This document shows positions 12,001-26,475 of a stretch of DNA of 64,000 nt, one piece after another. Position numbers and translations under genes: made by a program. Below the pieces are notes generated by a model that was not told the origin of the DNA, did no database searches, and saw only the letters and a program-made list of their open reading frames with translations. Origin of the DNA: Vermamoeba vermiformis. Its lineage: Eukaryota. The stretch is taken from assembly GCA_045837725.1 (NCBI GenBank), contig JBEWZL010000237.1, positions 62,001-126,000 of the forward strand, read 5' to 3'. The number at the start of each line of letters is the position of its first letter. Positions within the stretch are counted from its first letter, which is position 1.

Positions 12001-15000
12001 GGTATCACTCACACGCTCAACAATCAGTCTCTTAAGCGCGATAGCATCAACTTCCTGCTGAGTCAAGTGCCTGAGGACATTCGTGCACAGCTCCGTGGCA
12101 TCTTCTTGGAAGCACAGCAATTGATCGCGTCGCCCAAATTGTTGGAGATCACCGCTGATGAAGAGAAGTGTCAAATTGGACCTTTTGCTATCGAGAAGGG
12201 CCCTGTTGAAGGACACAAGCCTCAAAAGAACCCATTCACATTGCACGCGCCTACGACTTCCTGCAACGTACTTCGTCTCTTGCGTGCATTGCAGTTGCCC
12301 AAGCCTATCCTTCTCGAAGGTAGCCCTGGTGTCGGCAAGACAACTTTGGTTGAGGCTCTTGGTGCGTGGGTTAGAAGACGCGTGGCCAGAATCAACTTCA
12401 GTGACCAAACTGATTTGCTTGATTTGCTTGGTCAAGACTTGCCCGTTCCCGCTGATGAGGCTGATGTCTCGCAAGGACCTAAGTTCCAATGGATGGACGG
12501 TGTTTTCTTGTCTGCTTTGAAGGCTGGCGACTGGGTACTCTTGGACGAAATGAACTTGGCGTCTCAGTCCGTGCTCGAAGGCTTGAACTCTTGTTTGGAT
12601 CACCGAAAGACCATCTTCATCCCCGAGCTCAATCAGACCTTCCAGTGCCCACCGACCTTCAGAATATTTGCGTGCCAGAATCCTACACAGCAAGGAGGTG
12701 GAAGAAAGGGTTTGCCCAAGTCTTACCTCAACAGATTCACCAAGGTCTATGTCGATAAGTTCGATACCTATGATTTGCTCTTCATTGCCTCGAACTTGTT
12801 CCCCCAAATCGACCGGGATGATTTGAGCAAGATGATCACGTTCAATCAAGAGTTGCACAAGGATACTATGGAGCTTTGCAAGTACGGCCGCAAGGGCAGC
12901 CCTTGGGAGTTCAACTTGCGTGATATTTTGCGTTGGTGCCAGTTGGTGATCAGCAACAAGACCTCCAACCGAAGCAAGAACGACCCTGCCATGTTCGTTG
13001 ACTTGTTATACTTGCAACGTATGCGCGATCCTGAGGACAGAGAACAAGTCAAGAAGCTGTTCCATCGCGTGTTTGGTCGTCCTTTGGCCGTTGATATCCG
13101 CCCTCACTTCCACATCACTCCAACTCACGTGCAAATTGGCAATAGCTTCATTGCTCGCAACTCAGTCGGCACTATCAAGGCTGTGAAGAACCCTACTATG
13201 CCATTGATGCTGCAAGGCACGTTGAATCCGCTTGAGAACCTCATTCAGTGCGTCAACGAACGATGGATGTCAATTTTGATTGGCAACACTGCCTCGATGA
13301 AGACTACGTTGGTCAAGCTGCTAGCTGATCTCACTGGCAACACTTTGCACACGTTCTCTATCAACGCACAAGTCGACACTACTGAGTTGCTTGGTAGCTT
13401 TGAGCAAGTCGATCTGAACCGTCATAAGAAGGACGTTGTAGATCAGATCCAAGCTTTGGTTCGCTACATCAGCGAGTCAGTCTTGTTCAGCACTCCTAGT
13501 GAGGCTGCCAACCAATTGGAATTTGCTGTTAGAGTCGCTCAAGTGTCAGAGCTTCACAATGTCTGGTCCATGTTCAATGCCCGAAGCAAGTTCACCACTC
13601 AAACCACTCGTGACGCTGCATTTGATGAAGAGCAATACAAGATGCTCAATCAAGCGCTCAACTTCATCGAGAACTGCATCGCTAAGTTCTCGTTGAACAT
13701 CGACGAAGGTCAGGTCAACCATATCCGAGCTCGTTTGGAAAGGTTGCAGAAGTTGAAGCGAACGGAGATTTCAGGTCAATTCGAGTGGATCGATGGCTTG
13801 TTGATCCGTGCTATGGAGCGTGGTGAATGGCTTGTCTTGGAGAACGTCAACTTGTGTCCCTCATCAGTTGTCGATCGTCTCAATCCTCTACTTGAGCCTA
13901 ACGGCAAGCTGTTGATCAACGAGCGTGGTCTCTTGCCCGATGGAGAGTACGCCAGTGTTCAACCACACCCGAACTTCAGAATGTTCATGGTCATGGATCC
14001 AAAGAACGGCGAAATCTCTCGCGCCATGCGTAACAGAGGTATCGAGATCTGTTTGCTGCCACCGAAGACAATGTCACGTGACACTGAGTTGATGTTGGAG
14101 AATGCTGGAGTCTATGGCACTCAATTAATCCAGCAAATGACGCACTTCCATTATCAGATGAAAGAGCAGTTCTCTCGCGGTAGAGACAACGTGGTCATCA
14201 CCCTCCGCAGCTTGCTTCAATGGGCCCAGTTACTCAACGCGCAGTTGCAACGAGGCTTTGACTACTATCGCAGCCTTGAGCTCAGCATGGAGGAAGTTTA
14301 CTTGCGTTCACGAAAGTACCAGACTGAACGCATTGCAATCAAAGCACTGTTCGACAAGTGCTTCGAGAACTTCCAAATGTTGCGCTATGCTGACAAAGTC
14401 GTGCGATCTGGCCTTCAATGGCGCAAATACCCGTTGGACAGTAGCAGTGCCACCTTGAACCGTCAGGCCTCGTTCTTTGTTCAGAAGTTTGGTCAACTTT
14501 TGAACGCCAAGACAACTGATCCCGTAGATGCCCTCGTGGCTCAGCTGGTATGTTGCGTTTATTTTCAAAAGGTAATTTGTACTAACTTACAGCAGATCTA
14601 TTGCGGCAAATACATGATGCAAACTGCTTCTTCCAACGACTGGTCGTTGAGATACAACTGGCTGAAGGTTCACTTCAACAACTACAACTCCGCTGCTCCT
14701 GTTCTAGACTCGCTGGTGTTTAGCTTTGAACACTTTATCAAACACTCATTACTGAGCGAGTTGAGTGGAGTGTTGGCCAAGATTGTTGAAGTTTCGCAAG
14801 TCAATCCGGAATTGGTCAAGTACCAACCCGTCGATTTGCGCGTCAATGAGCCGTTGTTCGCGTACTTGCGTGAATCGTTGCTAGCCAAGACTGAGAACGC
14901 CACTGAGAACCAACAGTTGTGGAAGTACTTCGAGAGCTTGCTCGAACGAACCGACGTGTTGTTCTTGATCGCGATTCAAACGTTCAAAGAGCAAAGAGTA

Positions 15001-18000
15001 GCTTCCCAATTCTCCAAGAAGTCTGCGAGCAGATTCTCACCGATCGAGCAGTCGTATGAGATTGCTACTCAACGCCAAGCAGCCACGAGTGATCCCTTGC
15101 TCACGATCTTGACTACTCTCTTTGCCTCACTCGACGAGACTGTGCAACAATGGCTAACTACTGGTTACCCTCAAGTGGTGGACACGCAGACCATGAAGGC
15201 CGTCAAGTCTATTGTTCGCACTCGCAACGAGCTGTGGCAATCGTTGACGGTTGGAAATGCAATCAATTTGAGCGACTTCAAGCTCCGATGGTTGCACTTG
15301 ATGAAGCAGCTCACGCAACTCGTGTCTCAAACTCAAACTGGCCCTGTTCCGCTTGCTTTGAGTGACAAGTTAAATGCTGTAGTCACGAAGATGAACCAAC
15401 TGCTCCGTGATAAGGGCTCTATTTACGCCAAGAACAACTTGTGGAGACACGAAGGCCATCCAGTAATCTTCCACAGCGAGGAGTTGTTGCAACTGTACGA
15501 CAAGCTTGTGACTTTGGCCAAGGGATTCGAGATTGATCCTGAGCTAAGTATGTACTCGTATACTACGTTGATATTAATATTATGTATTAATATTTAAATT
15601 AATTAGTCTTGAAATCACGTCACAAGTTGGCATACTACTTGGATGAAGACATCAAGCGCACTTTGGTCCACAGCATCTGCTCACTGTACTGGCTCAACGG
15701 TGTCATGCTGCGCGAGATGTTCAATGACAAGGCATCGAGCGTTCAGCAGTCGCCAGCAAAGGCTTTGTTCGAATCTTTGACCAAGATCCCGGACACTTTG
15801 TCCAAGAAGATTGCAGATCTGAAGAAGAACGTCAATGACCCTTCGATCACGCCCGAATCAAGCCAGAAGTACTTGCTGGTGCCCATTTACGATCATTACA
15901 GCATCGTGCTTGAGTACTTTGTTTTGTCACGACTGTTCGCTACTTCCAAAGTACACGACTTGAGCACAGTCGATGAAGAGATCAAGCCTCTCTTGCCTCT
16001 CATTGAGAGATTAATCGACTTCTCGTTGGCTTACTCCACTCGAGCACCACTCGACTTGGTTCCTTTGCAACAATTGTTCTGGATCTATCAACCCGCTCAA
16101 CGAGACAGTCAAGGTAAGTCTATAGGCAACAAATTTGGTCATGGTAGCTAATTGTGGCCTTAGATCTCCGCACTGCTCGTGAAATGTTGCCTGCTTTGCT
16201 TCAAGAGTTGTTTGCTTCGTTTAACAACCGAGTATGGAACAACACTTTCAACAAGTCCTTGGCTGTCATTAAAGAACAAATTACTGGCGGCAAATTGAGC
16301 GTATGTGGAGCTAAAGTCAGTGTTATTGGAAAACTAATTCCTCGCGCAGGCTGAAACCAACACCTCGTACGTTGAAGGATGCGTTAAACTCGCACATAGT
16401 GTTCAAACTGCTTTCATCATTCCCTTGCTGAGCAGTTGGCGCGAAGTCACGATCGGTAACCGTGATTACAAATTGGCTCAAGTCAACGAATTGAGCCAGT
16501 TCTTGCTTTCGGTGAGCAACACTGAAGCCTTGCTGAAAACTTCTGGAGCTCGCGACCACACCGACATGCACACTGCCGAATGGAACTTGCTTACTAGTCT
16601 TTTGACTACTGTGATTCATAGCTTTGAGTCCACGTTTGCTGCAAGCAACTGGACTGCTATCCGTACCTTGCTCGCTGAAGTCACTGCAACGGTGACTGAT
16701 GCTGCGGATGCCTCAGATGTCACGGAGAAGCTTCAACAGCTGACAACACTCCTGTCTACAAGCGATGACGCCAAGTTCACAGAGTTACAATCGACCTACT
16801 TGCAACCTTGCTTGGCTCTTCTTGGCGAGCGTCAACGCTCTAAGAAGGACGCTGGAGTTGATCGTGCCGTTCGCGGCAAGGCTTGGACATGGCTCGGTCA
16901 ATTGAGACTCCACTTGTTGTTGCCTTCTCTGAATGTTGACCCCACTGCCAAGTATCGCATGAAATTGTCCTTGATTGATCAGCAACTCTTCGATGTCGAC
17001 TGCGAGCTCGAGGCCTTGACTGGCATTGAGAAGCACTTGACTGGCAAAGAAAAGACGCTGAAGATTGACAACTTGCACGATGAAAAATCAGTCATGCAAA
17101 AGCTTCGTCAGAAACTGCGCCAGAAAGTTGTGCAACGACCCAAACCAGAACTGTTCGATTCTCTGTTCAAAGAATTGCACAGTTTCAGCACTACTAATGG
17201 AAGCAAAGACAAGATTGGCGGTTTGATGAAGGAAATGGACGACCTTGCCAATCCTCAAAATCGTGCATTCGTCGTGCAACAAGAGTCTCTCTGGCAGGTA
17301 AGAACGACAAGTTTTAAATTCTTGTGGTTTAAGTTACTAACGCGTAAATCAGGCCAACATGTTGTACTTCGTCGAAAGATTAGTCGAACATTACTGGTCA
17401 TTCCGCGATGTCATTCAACCCGTCATCAACGCTGTCTATCAGATCAAGTTTGGTGTGCGAAAGCTCTTGAATGCCAAGCTCGAGGCTATTCCTGTGCACA
17501 AGTTGGGTTTAGAAATTGAAGAGCCCAATGTATTCGTGCGAGAGCCGTACTACAGACCACTTGAGCACGTGCAAGACGTCATGCAGTACTTGCTGAGCTA
17601 CTCTCATTTCAGCACTCGCGTAAATGATCCACACTCTGTTGTTGGTGACGGTCTGGCTCACATTCAGATGCTCCTTGACTCCAAGACCTTCGACGCTTTG
17701 GAAATTGTTGCGCAGGTTACCAAGATGCAGCCTTTGATCAAAGCTCTCGAATACAATCATAGATCCACCAAGAAGTATGTACCCAATAATTATACAGATA
17801 TTATCAGACTAACAATACTTTTAGTGATGCTGTGAAAGTAATTTACTCGTTGTTATTGCGAGTTTCGTTGTGCAAGATCTACGAGCACATCATCAATCAG
17901 AATTACATCAACTCTCGCATCATTAAAGTCCTAGACAAGATCTTTGTCACCTTTGTGGACACCTGGAACAGATTCCAAGAAGAGGAACGTGCTCGATTGT

Positions 18001-21000
18001 TGGAAGAGCAACGAACGTTCAAGTTCCGCGAAAAGAAGAAGCGCGAAGACATTGTTGAGATCGGAGACGATCCTGACTTCAAGACTCAAGATGTCGTCGA
18101 AGAAGAGAAGTTCCAAAAGAGCTTCCCTACCTTCCAAGACGAGTTCGCTGAAATACTGGAAGAGATCGGCAACAGTATTATGAACAAGGACGAAAACAGC
18201 GAAAAAGAAAGCAAAGATGATGAAGAACAAGCCAAGAGCGACGATAAGAAGATCGAAGCGATGACCCAGCCTGCTCCTGAAGAGGAGTACTTGGTCGAAA
18301 CTGCCCACTTGCGCGACAATGAACTGTACCAGTTGTGCAAGGTCCATAATCATCTATTCTCGACCATCAAGGCGCACATGGGAACTTCAAACCTCAAGTT
18401 CAGTGAGGAAGAGAAGCGTGAAACATTGTTCTTGATGTACACTTCTTGCGCAGAGATTCTCAAGGGTATGAAGATCGTTATATGTCACAGACACACAATA
18501 CTAATATTTCAACTAGTCTTGAACTACCAGCTCTCTGAGCGATTTGACATGCAAGATCAGTTCAAAGCCAGTCACATCGTGGCCATTCAAAAGATCAACG
18601 AGTACTTCGACTCCACCAAGAACAACTTGTCTAAGCTTGACCTGGCTCAAGCGAAATCTGCTTCGATTTTGCACGGCGGTCTCATTGAGAACTTCTACAC
18701 GGCTCCCAACGTCGCCGAAGTCAGTTTGATCAAGGTCCCCTTAGAAAACTTCAAGTTCCAAGTTATGAAGTTGCTCGAAGAGTTCAATGACAACGGCATA
18801 TTGATCCAATTGCAAAAGATCATCGAGAAGTAAGTCCATTTAGCACGCTTGAAGTAGAACGTCTCTAACCCTCTTCCAGGTTGATGACTTTCGGCATTCG
18901 TTCAAGTTTGTACAAGCTTTTGATCGGTCTCGAATTGTTGCTCGACAAGTCTAATGGTTGGGAACAAAACGCCCCTCAGCGATATTCCATTCGAAGTAAG
19001 TTAAGAGACCCACTTTCAACGCGTACTAACGTTTGCAGCTCACATGGATGTCATCACTTCAATTGTTTCCCGCTGGCGAAGACTTGAATTGCAATACTGG
19101 CCCGTATTGTTGGACGCTAAGCAACAAGAATTTGTATGCAAAGCCAACCGATCTTGGTTAGCTTTGTATGACCTCCTGATCTTGAGCAATCTTACGGACG
19201 TTCCTTCAGTCCAGAAAGCGTACGTACACAAATATTTTCCTTGCCGCGGATCTAATATTTGTAGTTTGGAGGAATTCATCGAGAACACAAGCTATGGTGA
19301 ATTCGAGACTCGCTTGAATCATATTCTTGCGTTCTACAATCAGTTTGATACCGAGCTGACTCTGGGTTTCACGCGCAATTATCTCTCCGAAGAGATTCGC
19401 GCGAAGATCAAGAACACTTTGTTCAACTTGTACAACTATTACAAGCAATTTGTGCCAGCGTAAGTATTCGAATTCTTCATTGTTATGACCATTACTAACG
19501 ACTGAAAAGTTTGCGCACTGCAATTGAAAAGGAGTTGGTGCCGATCCAAACAAAGTTGAAAGAGTTCATTAAGCTCTCGAAATGGGAGGACTCCAATTAC
19601 TATCGCTTGGCGAAGTCGATTGACCTCTCGCACAGAACTCTTAACAAGTTCGCGAACAACTACGAAGAGATCTTGGCGAAACCTATGACCCACGTGTTCA
19701 CTAAAGTGGGCGAGATTGACTTCGATAGTCAAAAAGACTTTGGTTATCAAGATGAGACCGACATCGTTGCCGCAAAGATCATCAAAACGTGAGTTAAATC
19801 GCATTCACTAACACATGGCATTTAAAAATAACGCACAATTCATAGCGAGGAAGAACCCAAGGACGCTAAGGGCAAAAAGGCTCGCAAGACGAAGCGCAAC
19901 CGACGTCAGGTTGACACCGAATTTGACTTGTCAGAGTTGAAGCCAACCGAGTTTGTTGTTGCTGAGAATGTTGCCGAGAAATATCTCGTGAATGTTGCTC
20001 AAAGTCCGCAGATCCCTCACGAGATTATCACCATGTTCAAGTTGACAGACGACACGTCGAAGGTACCTAAGACTGATCGCCTGTTCAAGAAGATGAAGAA
20101 ATATTGCACCAAAGATATTCTGCCCAAGCAGCTCTATTGGGGCTCACAACTCTATTTTGTCGATCAGTACGCCATTGACATCATTGCTCGTGCCTTGCAG
20201 TTGAAGACCAATCAAAACACCAAGATTGCTGCCAAGAAGTACGCTTTGGTTGAACTTCTGCGTACTTTGAACAACAAGCTTGGTCTCAGCTGGCACAAGG
20301 CAGCAATTGATAACGTAAGTTTATTGATCTCTATAGTCATACTGCATAGCTAATTTTGATATAGGATCAACTGAATGTGTCACACTTGCTTCAATTGGAC
20401 TCGTTGTCGTCCATCAACGTCAACAGCAGCAAGACTCTTGACTCGCGCAAATTCGAGGCACTTCAACTGCTTTGGGACAAATCCGAGCAGTACTACTTCA
20501 AGAACTTGATTCGCATCGTCAAGCTTCGCCAAAACGTTGGCAGACACTCCTTGGATCTGTCACAAACTGAAGTGCGCAAGTCAAGTGGCTTTGTCGAGCA
20601 CTTGTTCAACATCATCTTGAAGCAACGTTCTATGCTCAAGAAGCTGTCTGACGAGTACAAGAACCTCGACAGATTCGTCGCACCACTTAGTGGACTGCTG
20701 AATGTCGAAGAGCCTCTCAAGCTTATCGTTCCGCCTCAACAAGCCACCAAGTCCGCAGCCATTGCTCAAAAAGCTCTGTTCGATGAGATGGTCGAAAAGC
20801 TCACTGACTTGGCCATTCTCCTGCAATCGCTCACTGATGGAGTTTCTCAATGTCACGAAGTCGAGAAACAGTTGAACGAAATGAAGGCACAGTGTGAAGA
20901 CGTCAAGACCCGTTTGGCTCGTCACATTGCCTCGTTTGTTGACAAGGCTGTCGAGTCCACCGATCAGCAGTCGTTCCTGGCCACAAATGCAGTTGCCACG

Positions 21001-24000
21001 ACCATCAATGAAGCTGCCAATACCTTTGCTCAAATCAAGGAGGCCTTCAGCTCTAATGTGATGCCCAACATGCCTCGTCCGTTCTTGACTTCGTTCAGCG
21101 ACTTCTTTGATCACGCGCACAGTCGCATGGAGCAATTCGTTGCCTCTGTTGCTCCCTCCGTGGAGACTGCGGAATCGCATAACGAAGAATTAGCCGATGA
21201 GTTCAGCAAAGAATTGAATAGCTTGATCAGCACCGTGCTCGTCGCTATTCAGAACGTGATGAACGTGCAACAGCAGATCACTCGTGAAGAGGATGAAAGA
21301 CGCAAGAAGTTGGCTGAAGAACGACAACGAGAGAAAGAGGCCCGCGAAGCACGCGAGGCTGCAGCTGCTAAAGAAGGCGAAGAGAAGAAGCCCGAGGAAG
21401 ACAAGATGGAGGAAGATACTGAGCCCGAGTTCAATGAACCTGACATCGATCAGAACATTCCTAATCTGCACGACAAGTTCGAGAAGTTGTTCGACTCTCT
21501 GTTGATGGAACGCGTCAACACATACTTCAAGCGTGTGAATGACTCTTTGGTAAGCTTTAAACCGGACAAATGCCCTATTTAATCCCGATGTGCATCACAC
21601 TAATTCGATTGTAGGCCAAGTTCTCAAACAGCAAGTCACTCTCGCTGAACAACGTTAGCACTCTGTTGACTCGCAGCGCTACTCCGTTGTTTATGCAGTA
21701 CAAGAAACTCGTTGACTTGTTGTTCCTCGACATGATTTCACTGCACAAATCTCTGTCCAAATTAGAGTACGTCCTTGTCAATGTGATCAACACCTTGTTG
21801 CTGCGAGGCTTTTGCAAATCCGAGGAAACTGTCGAAGGAGAAGGCGAGGGCGAAGGCGAAATTACCGAACTCCAAGAAGGTACTGGCTTGGGTGACGGCA
21901 AGGGTCAGAAGTAAGTAACTCGAATAACCGGAAAATAAACGCTAAATGTGTCATCAGGGATATTTCTGAGGACTTGAAATTGGAAGATGAAGACAAGATC
22001 ATGGGCGAGAAGCAAAAAGACGTAAGTTTAGCAAAGACTTATCAAGGTTGGTTGTGCCTAACATGTTCGAATTGCAGAAGGAAGAAAAGCCTGAAGAACA
22101 AGAAGAGAATCCTGAGGAGAAACAGGAAGACACCGGCATTGAAATGGATGCTGAGTTCGACGGCCAGCTCCACGATGTTGAAGACAAAGAAGACAACGAG
22201 GACAACGAGGATCAGTACGTGTCATTTCTGTTGTAGTTTACTTGTCATACTAATACATTACAGGAACGACAATGAGTCTGTTGAACATGAAAAACAGATG
22301 GGCGACCTCAACCGCGACAAAGAAGAGGTCGTTGATGAGCGAATGTGGAACTCTGAAGACGAAGACGATGAGAACGAAGACGGCGACAATCAAGAGGACA
22401 CTTACGAGAAGGACGCACCTATGCCTACGAATAAGAAGTCCGAAACTGAGTTGGGCGCCAAACCTGAGGACGAAAAGAAGAAGCCACAAAAGGTACATAA
22501 ATGACTAAACAAAGTGTTATGTATTAACACCTTACAGGACGAAAAGGCTGCCGATGGTCAAGACAAAGATGATGCCGGCGAGAAAGGAGAAGACGGCGAA
22601 CAAGGCAGCGAAGAAGAGAAAGGCGATGAAGGATCCGACGAAGAAAAAGATGAAAATGACGAAACAGGAGACAATGAAGAAAAAGTCGGCGCTGAAAACA
22701 TCGAAGACAATCACCATGTCAAGCCCAAAGAGGAAGAAAAAGAATTCGAACTCGACGACAACATGCAACTCGATGGCGATGAGCCCGAAGAGAAAGAAGG
22801 CGAGGGTGAAGGTGAAGCCCAGGACGGCGAAGAAGATATGGATGAAGGCGAAGGTGACCTCAACGACTTCAAGGAAGGCGATAACGCTGAAAAAGACGAA
22901 GAGAACAAGCAAGAAGAGGACGTCAATGTGCCTGAAGAAGGCTTGAATCTCGACGCTAAAGATGAGCAAGAAGAGGAGCCCATGCACGAGGAGAACGCTG
23001 GTGATAAAGCCACGGAAGAGAACCCCGAAGAAAACAAACAAGAAGAAGAAGCTCCTAACGTCGAAGCTAACCTGCAGAAGGACGACGAAATGGAAGAAGA
23101 CCCGTACAAGAATCAGCAAGAGGACGTCTTTGGTGTCAAGGTAAGTCTATTGTAATTCAATGCTCTCGTGACAAATCTAATTTGCGGTTGCAGGACAACG
23201 TTGGCAAGACTTCAGACAATGTCCAAGTCAAAGAAGACAATCAGCAGCGTGAGGCGCAAGAACAACAAAACGAACAGGAGTCCCGTGACAATGTTCAAAA
23301 TGCCCCCGACGAGCAGTACCGCGCTGATCAACAGAACACGACTACCTCTGCCAGTGCTCAGAATGAACAAAAGAAGCCCAACAAACCCAAGCAAAAAGAA
23401 CCCAATCCGTACCGCAGTCTCGGCGATGCGTTGAAGCATTGGGAAAAGAAGTTGAACATGAGCGAGACCACTGAGACTAAAGAGGAAGAGAAGAACGAAG
23501 AGAACAAAGAGGAAGAGGAGTATGATGAGAATGAGAACGTCAACAAGGAACAATTGTTCGAGTACTTGATGGACGATGCTCAGAAACAAGACGCTCAAAC
23601 CTTGGTAAGTTTATTTGAGTTGGGTTTATGAATTTTATCTGACGGCATTCAAAGGGCTCTGCACTTGAGGAGCAACAAGAAGAAATTCCTAAAGAAAACG
23701 CGTTCCCTGAAGAAGAAAAGAAAGAAGAGGAGCCCGAACAAGATGAGGGCCCGAAGAAAAAGGAACAAGAGCAAGTCACTAACGACGAGAAGAAGAGCAA
23801 CAAAAAGAGCTCGTCGACTCATCAAAGCATTCCTTTGTTCGAAGATCAAATGGACGTTGATGACGAGCAACAAGCGCAAGACGAAGAGAAGAAGGACGAG
23901 GCACAAGAAGGCGATGAAGAGCGCAAGGACAATGACGAAGCCATGCAAGATCTGACCAGCGATGGCACGGCCCTTGAGAACAATCAGGCTTTGGACCAGC

Positions 24001-25058
24001 TTCAAGCCAAGGCCATGCAAGAGTTCACCTCCGATGACTTGAATGCCATGCGTGAAGAACTCGACACGATGATTGGCAAGTGGCGCGAGGACGCAGCCAG
24101 TGCTCAAATGGGCATGGAGATCTGGAAGAAGATGAGCGCGACCACTGCGCCATTGGCTGCTGAACTCTGCGAACAGTTGCGTTTGATTCTCGAACCAACA
24201 CTGAAATCAAAGCTCCAAGGCGACTACCGCAGTGGAAAGCGATTGAATATGCGCAAAGTCATTCCTTACATTGCTAGCAACTTCCGCAAAGACAAGATCT
24301 GGTTGCGTAGAACTAAACCCAACACGCGCAACTATCAAGTCATGCTCACAGTAGACGACAGCGAGTCCGTGGCTCATGGAGTAAGTCACTTCTACTTTGT
24401 TGTTGCATTTTTCAGGTCTAACCGTCCTCGTAGGGAGCTGGTGCTTTGCTCCGTGAAGCCGTAGCGGTTATTGCTACTGCCCTTCAAACTCTGAACATTG
24501 GTGAGATCTCTGTTGCCAAGTTCGGTCAAGCAGTGGAATTGTTGCATCCATTCCACTTGCCGTTCAGCGACGAACAAGCTGCTCGTGTCATTCCCCAATT
24601 GAGCTTCAAGCAGAAGTCGACAAACATCGAAGAGTTGTTGCTAAAGTAAGTTAAAGACCTTATTCTTCAAGTACCCAGTGTCCTAACTCTCTGCCTTTAG
24701 AACGGTACAAATGCTCGAACTGTGCCGCGAAGAGAACCACACCATGCAACAAGAGACCGCCCAGTTGATGTTCGTCATCTCTGACGGTAAATTCGGTGAC
24801 AGACGTGCCCCGATCCGTGAATGGTTACGTCGTGCGCAAGAGCACAACATCTTCGTGGTCTTCTTGGTGATTGACAACAGCGAAGAGTCCATTCTCGACA
24901 TTAAGAAGCCAGTATGGAAAGGAGCCAAAATGGAGATGACCAACTATATCGACGAATTTCCCTTCCCGTACTACATCATCTTGCGCAAGATTCAAAACTT
25001 GCCCACTGTACTCGCTGATGCTCTTCGACAATGGTTCGAACTCATTCAGCGCAAGTAG
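6075..25058 (+). CDS. MDN1: Midasin (MDN1/Rea1), AAA+ ATPase for 60S ribosome biogenesis, many introns
   Basis: Six AAA modules (e.g. GPPGSGKT, GETGCGKT, GPTSAGKT, GETGTGKT, GSPGVGKT), long linker, D/E-rich region, C-terminal MIDAS domain (GDYRSGKRLNMRKVIPYIAS, DDSES, FPFPYY). Confidence 0.97.
9765..9837 (+). ncRNA. Intronic C/D box snoRNA, snR75/U15-like (predicted LSU rRNA Gm2288 equivalent)
   Basis: Inside an unusually long midasin intron: terminal stem GTTGAA/TTCAAC, box C ATGATGT (9772), guide TTAGATGACGAG (9779-9790) complementary to conserved LSU CUCGUCAUCUAA, D' CTGA (9792), C'-like TGTTGA, D CTGA (9825). Confidence 0.85.
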
Positions 25059-25183
25059 AAATAATATAAAGTCAATCCTTATACAAAACTCGAAAGTATT
25101 CTTAAACTTACTATTATTACCGAAATTTACAAGCATTAAAATATGATACAATTTACACAACAAAATTGGTTACGAACTCAGAT

Positions 25184-26475
25184 CTAGTTCGTCAAGTCAG
25201 AATGGCTGGAGTGGTCGTGGTACTCACGCACAACAGCCTCGTCACGCTTGTCAGCATAGACGGATACAATCACTCTCGATTCGCAGAGCCACTTGGCCTT
25301 GCCTCGCTTGCGCTTCTGGCCGACGCTACCGTCTTCAAAGTTATCGTCAGGCTCGTAACCCGTAGAAGGAGAGCCGTGGCCTGTCTTTTGTCGCTTCTGA
25401 CCAGTGTACGAGCACACGTACTTCTGTGTCCAAAGTAACTCGCGCTTAGTTCCACCGGTACCACTCTTGGGTTTATTCTTGAACTTAGGCTGCAGCAAAT
25501 CGTTAGCATTTTTGCTGCAAAAGTGCAAATATCTTCTTCAACTTACCTTGAGATCCAAGCTCTTTCGATCAGCATGCGCACCCATTACCTTGCCTCCAGC
25601 CTTGACGAAATTATAGCCGTACTTCTTGCCAAGCTCTTTGATGTACTTGGGCACCTCGGCTTCAGGGATTATCTTGTCTTCAGCAGACGATGATGTACGA
25701 TTGACGGAGCCTTCTTCTTCGTCAGTGTCGGAGGTGTCGCTGTTAAGCAGCTTCTTGGGCAGACGAGTGCGACGAGGCTTGTCGTAGAGGCGAGTGGCAA
25801 TAGCTCCAGTCTTCTTGCCATCCAATGTAGTGAGGACCGGTGGCGCGACTGCGGGGAGTGACAGATTCAGGCTCTGATGAACTCTGACGTTGATAGGGCC
25901 AACGCTCTGCGTGACTGGAGTAGGCACTGAGTTGCTGGAGCGTGTGAGCTTCTCAATGTTGTCCCAGCGAAGTGCTCGGTATGGGTTTTGCGCATCGGAT
26001 TTGTCTTGAGAGACACCAAATACACCACTGATGGAGCCATTAGGAATCAACGGACGCGGAGGATTATCCCCTAGTGGATCTGGCTTGATGTTATAGTAGT
26101 TGCCGACCAAATCTGTGAAGAGCAGGTCGTTGCCAAGAGAGTTCTCGTTGGACCTGAGCACTTCAGTCGTGAAGACCGGCTTAGGAACCTAAAGTTTGGT
26201 TCAAGGTCAGATATGAGAATTTTTGGCTTAGAGCTCGAGAATTTCGGGAGCTGTGCGTTATTTTACAGCGATCAGCAAATTAAATTTGCGGATTTAATTC
26301 AAAAAATCGAGATAAAATACTGATGCGAGTCAAATAACATGCCAAGGATAAAATTGGATGTTGCTTCACTTACCCAACCATTACTAATTGACAGAGGGCT
26401 ACAGACGAGGCTAGGCTCAAAGGCGTCAGCATCCAAGAACGAGATGGGGTGTTCACAATGATCAACAGTTGCCAT
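25184..26475 (-). CDS. Hypothetical protein with putative FAR1/AFT (WRKY-GCM1-like) DNA-binding domain
   Basis: Three exons join in frame; C-terminus YIKELGKKYGYNF...KYVC...KWLCESRVIVSV...YHDHSSH resembles a C-C-HxH zinc-binding fold. Confidence 0.55.

Noticed and set aside
11809-12858. Long antisense ORFs (here and at 53174-54142, 55588-56436, 59185-59976, 51052-51873)
   Set aside because: Shadow frames of well-supported genes caused by codon bias; no recognisable motifs.
14548-14595. Odd hydrophobic insert VCCVYFQKVICTNLQ within the 1892-aa midasin ORF
   Set aside because: It is an in-frame, stop-free GT-AG intron with a CTAAC branch point, not protein.
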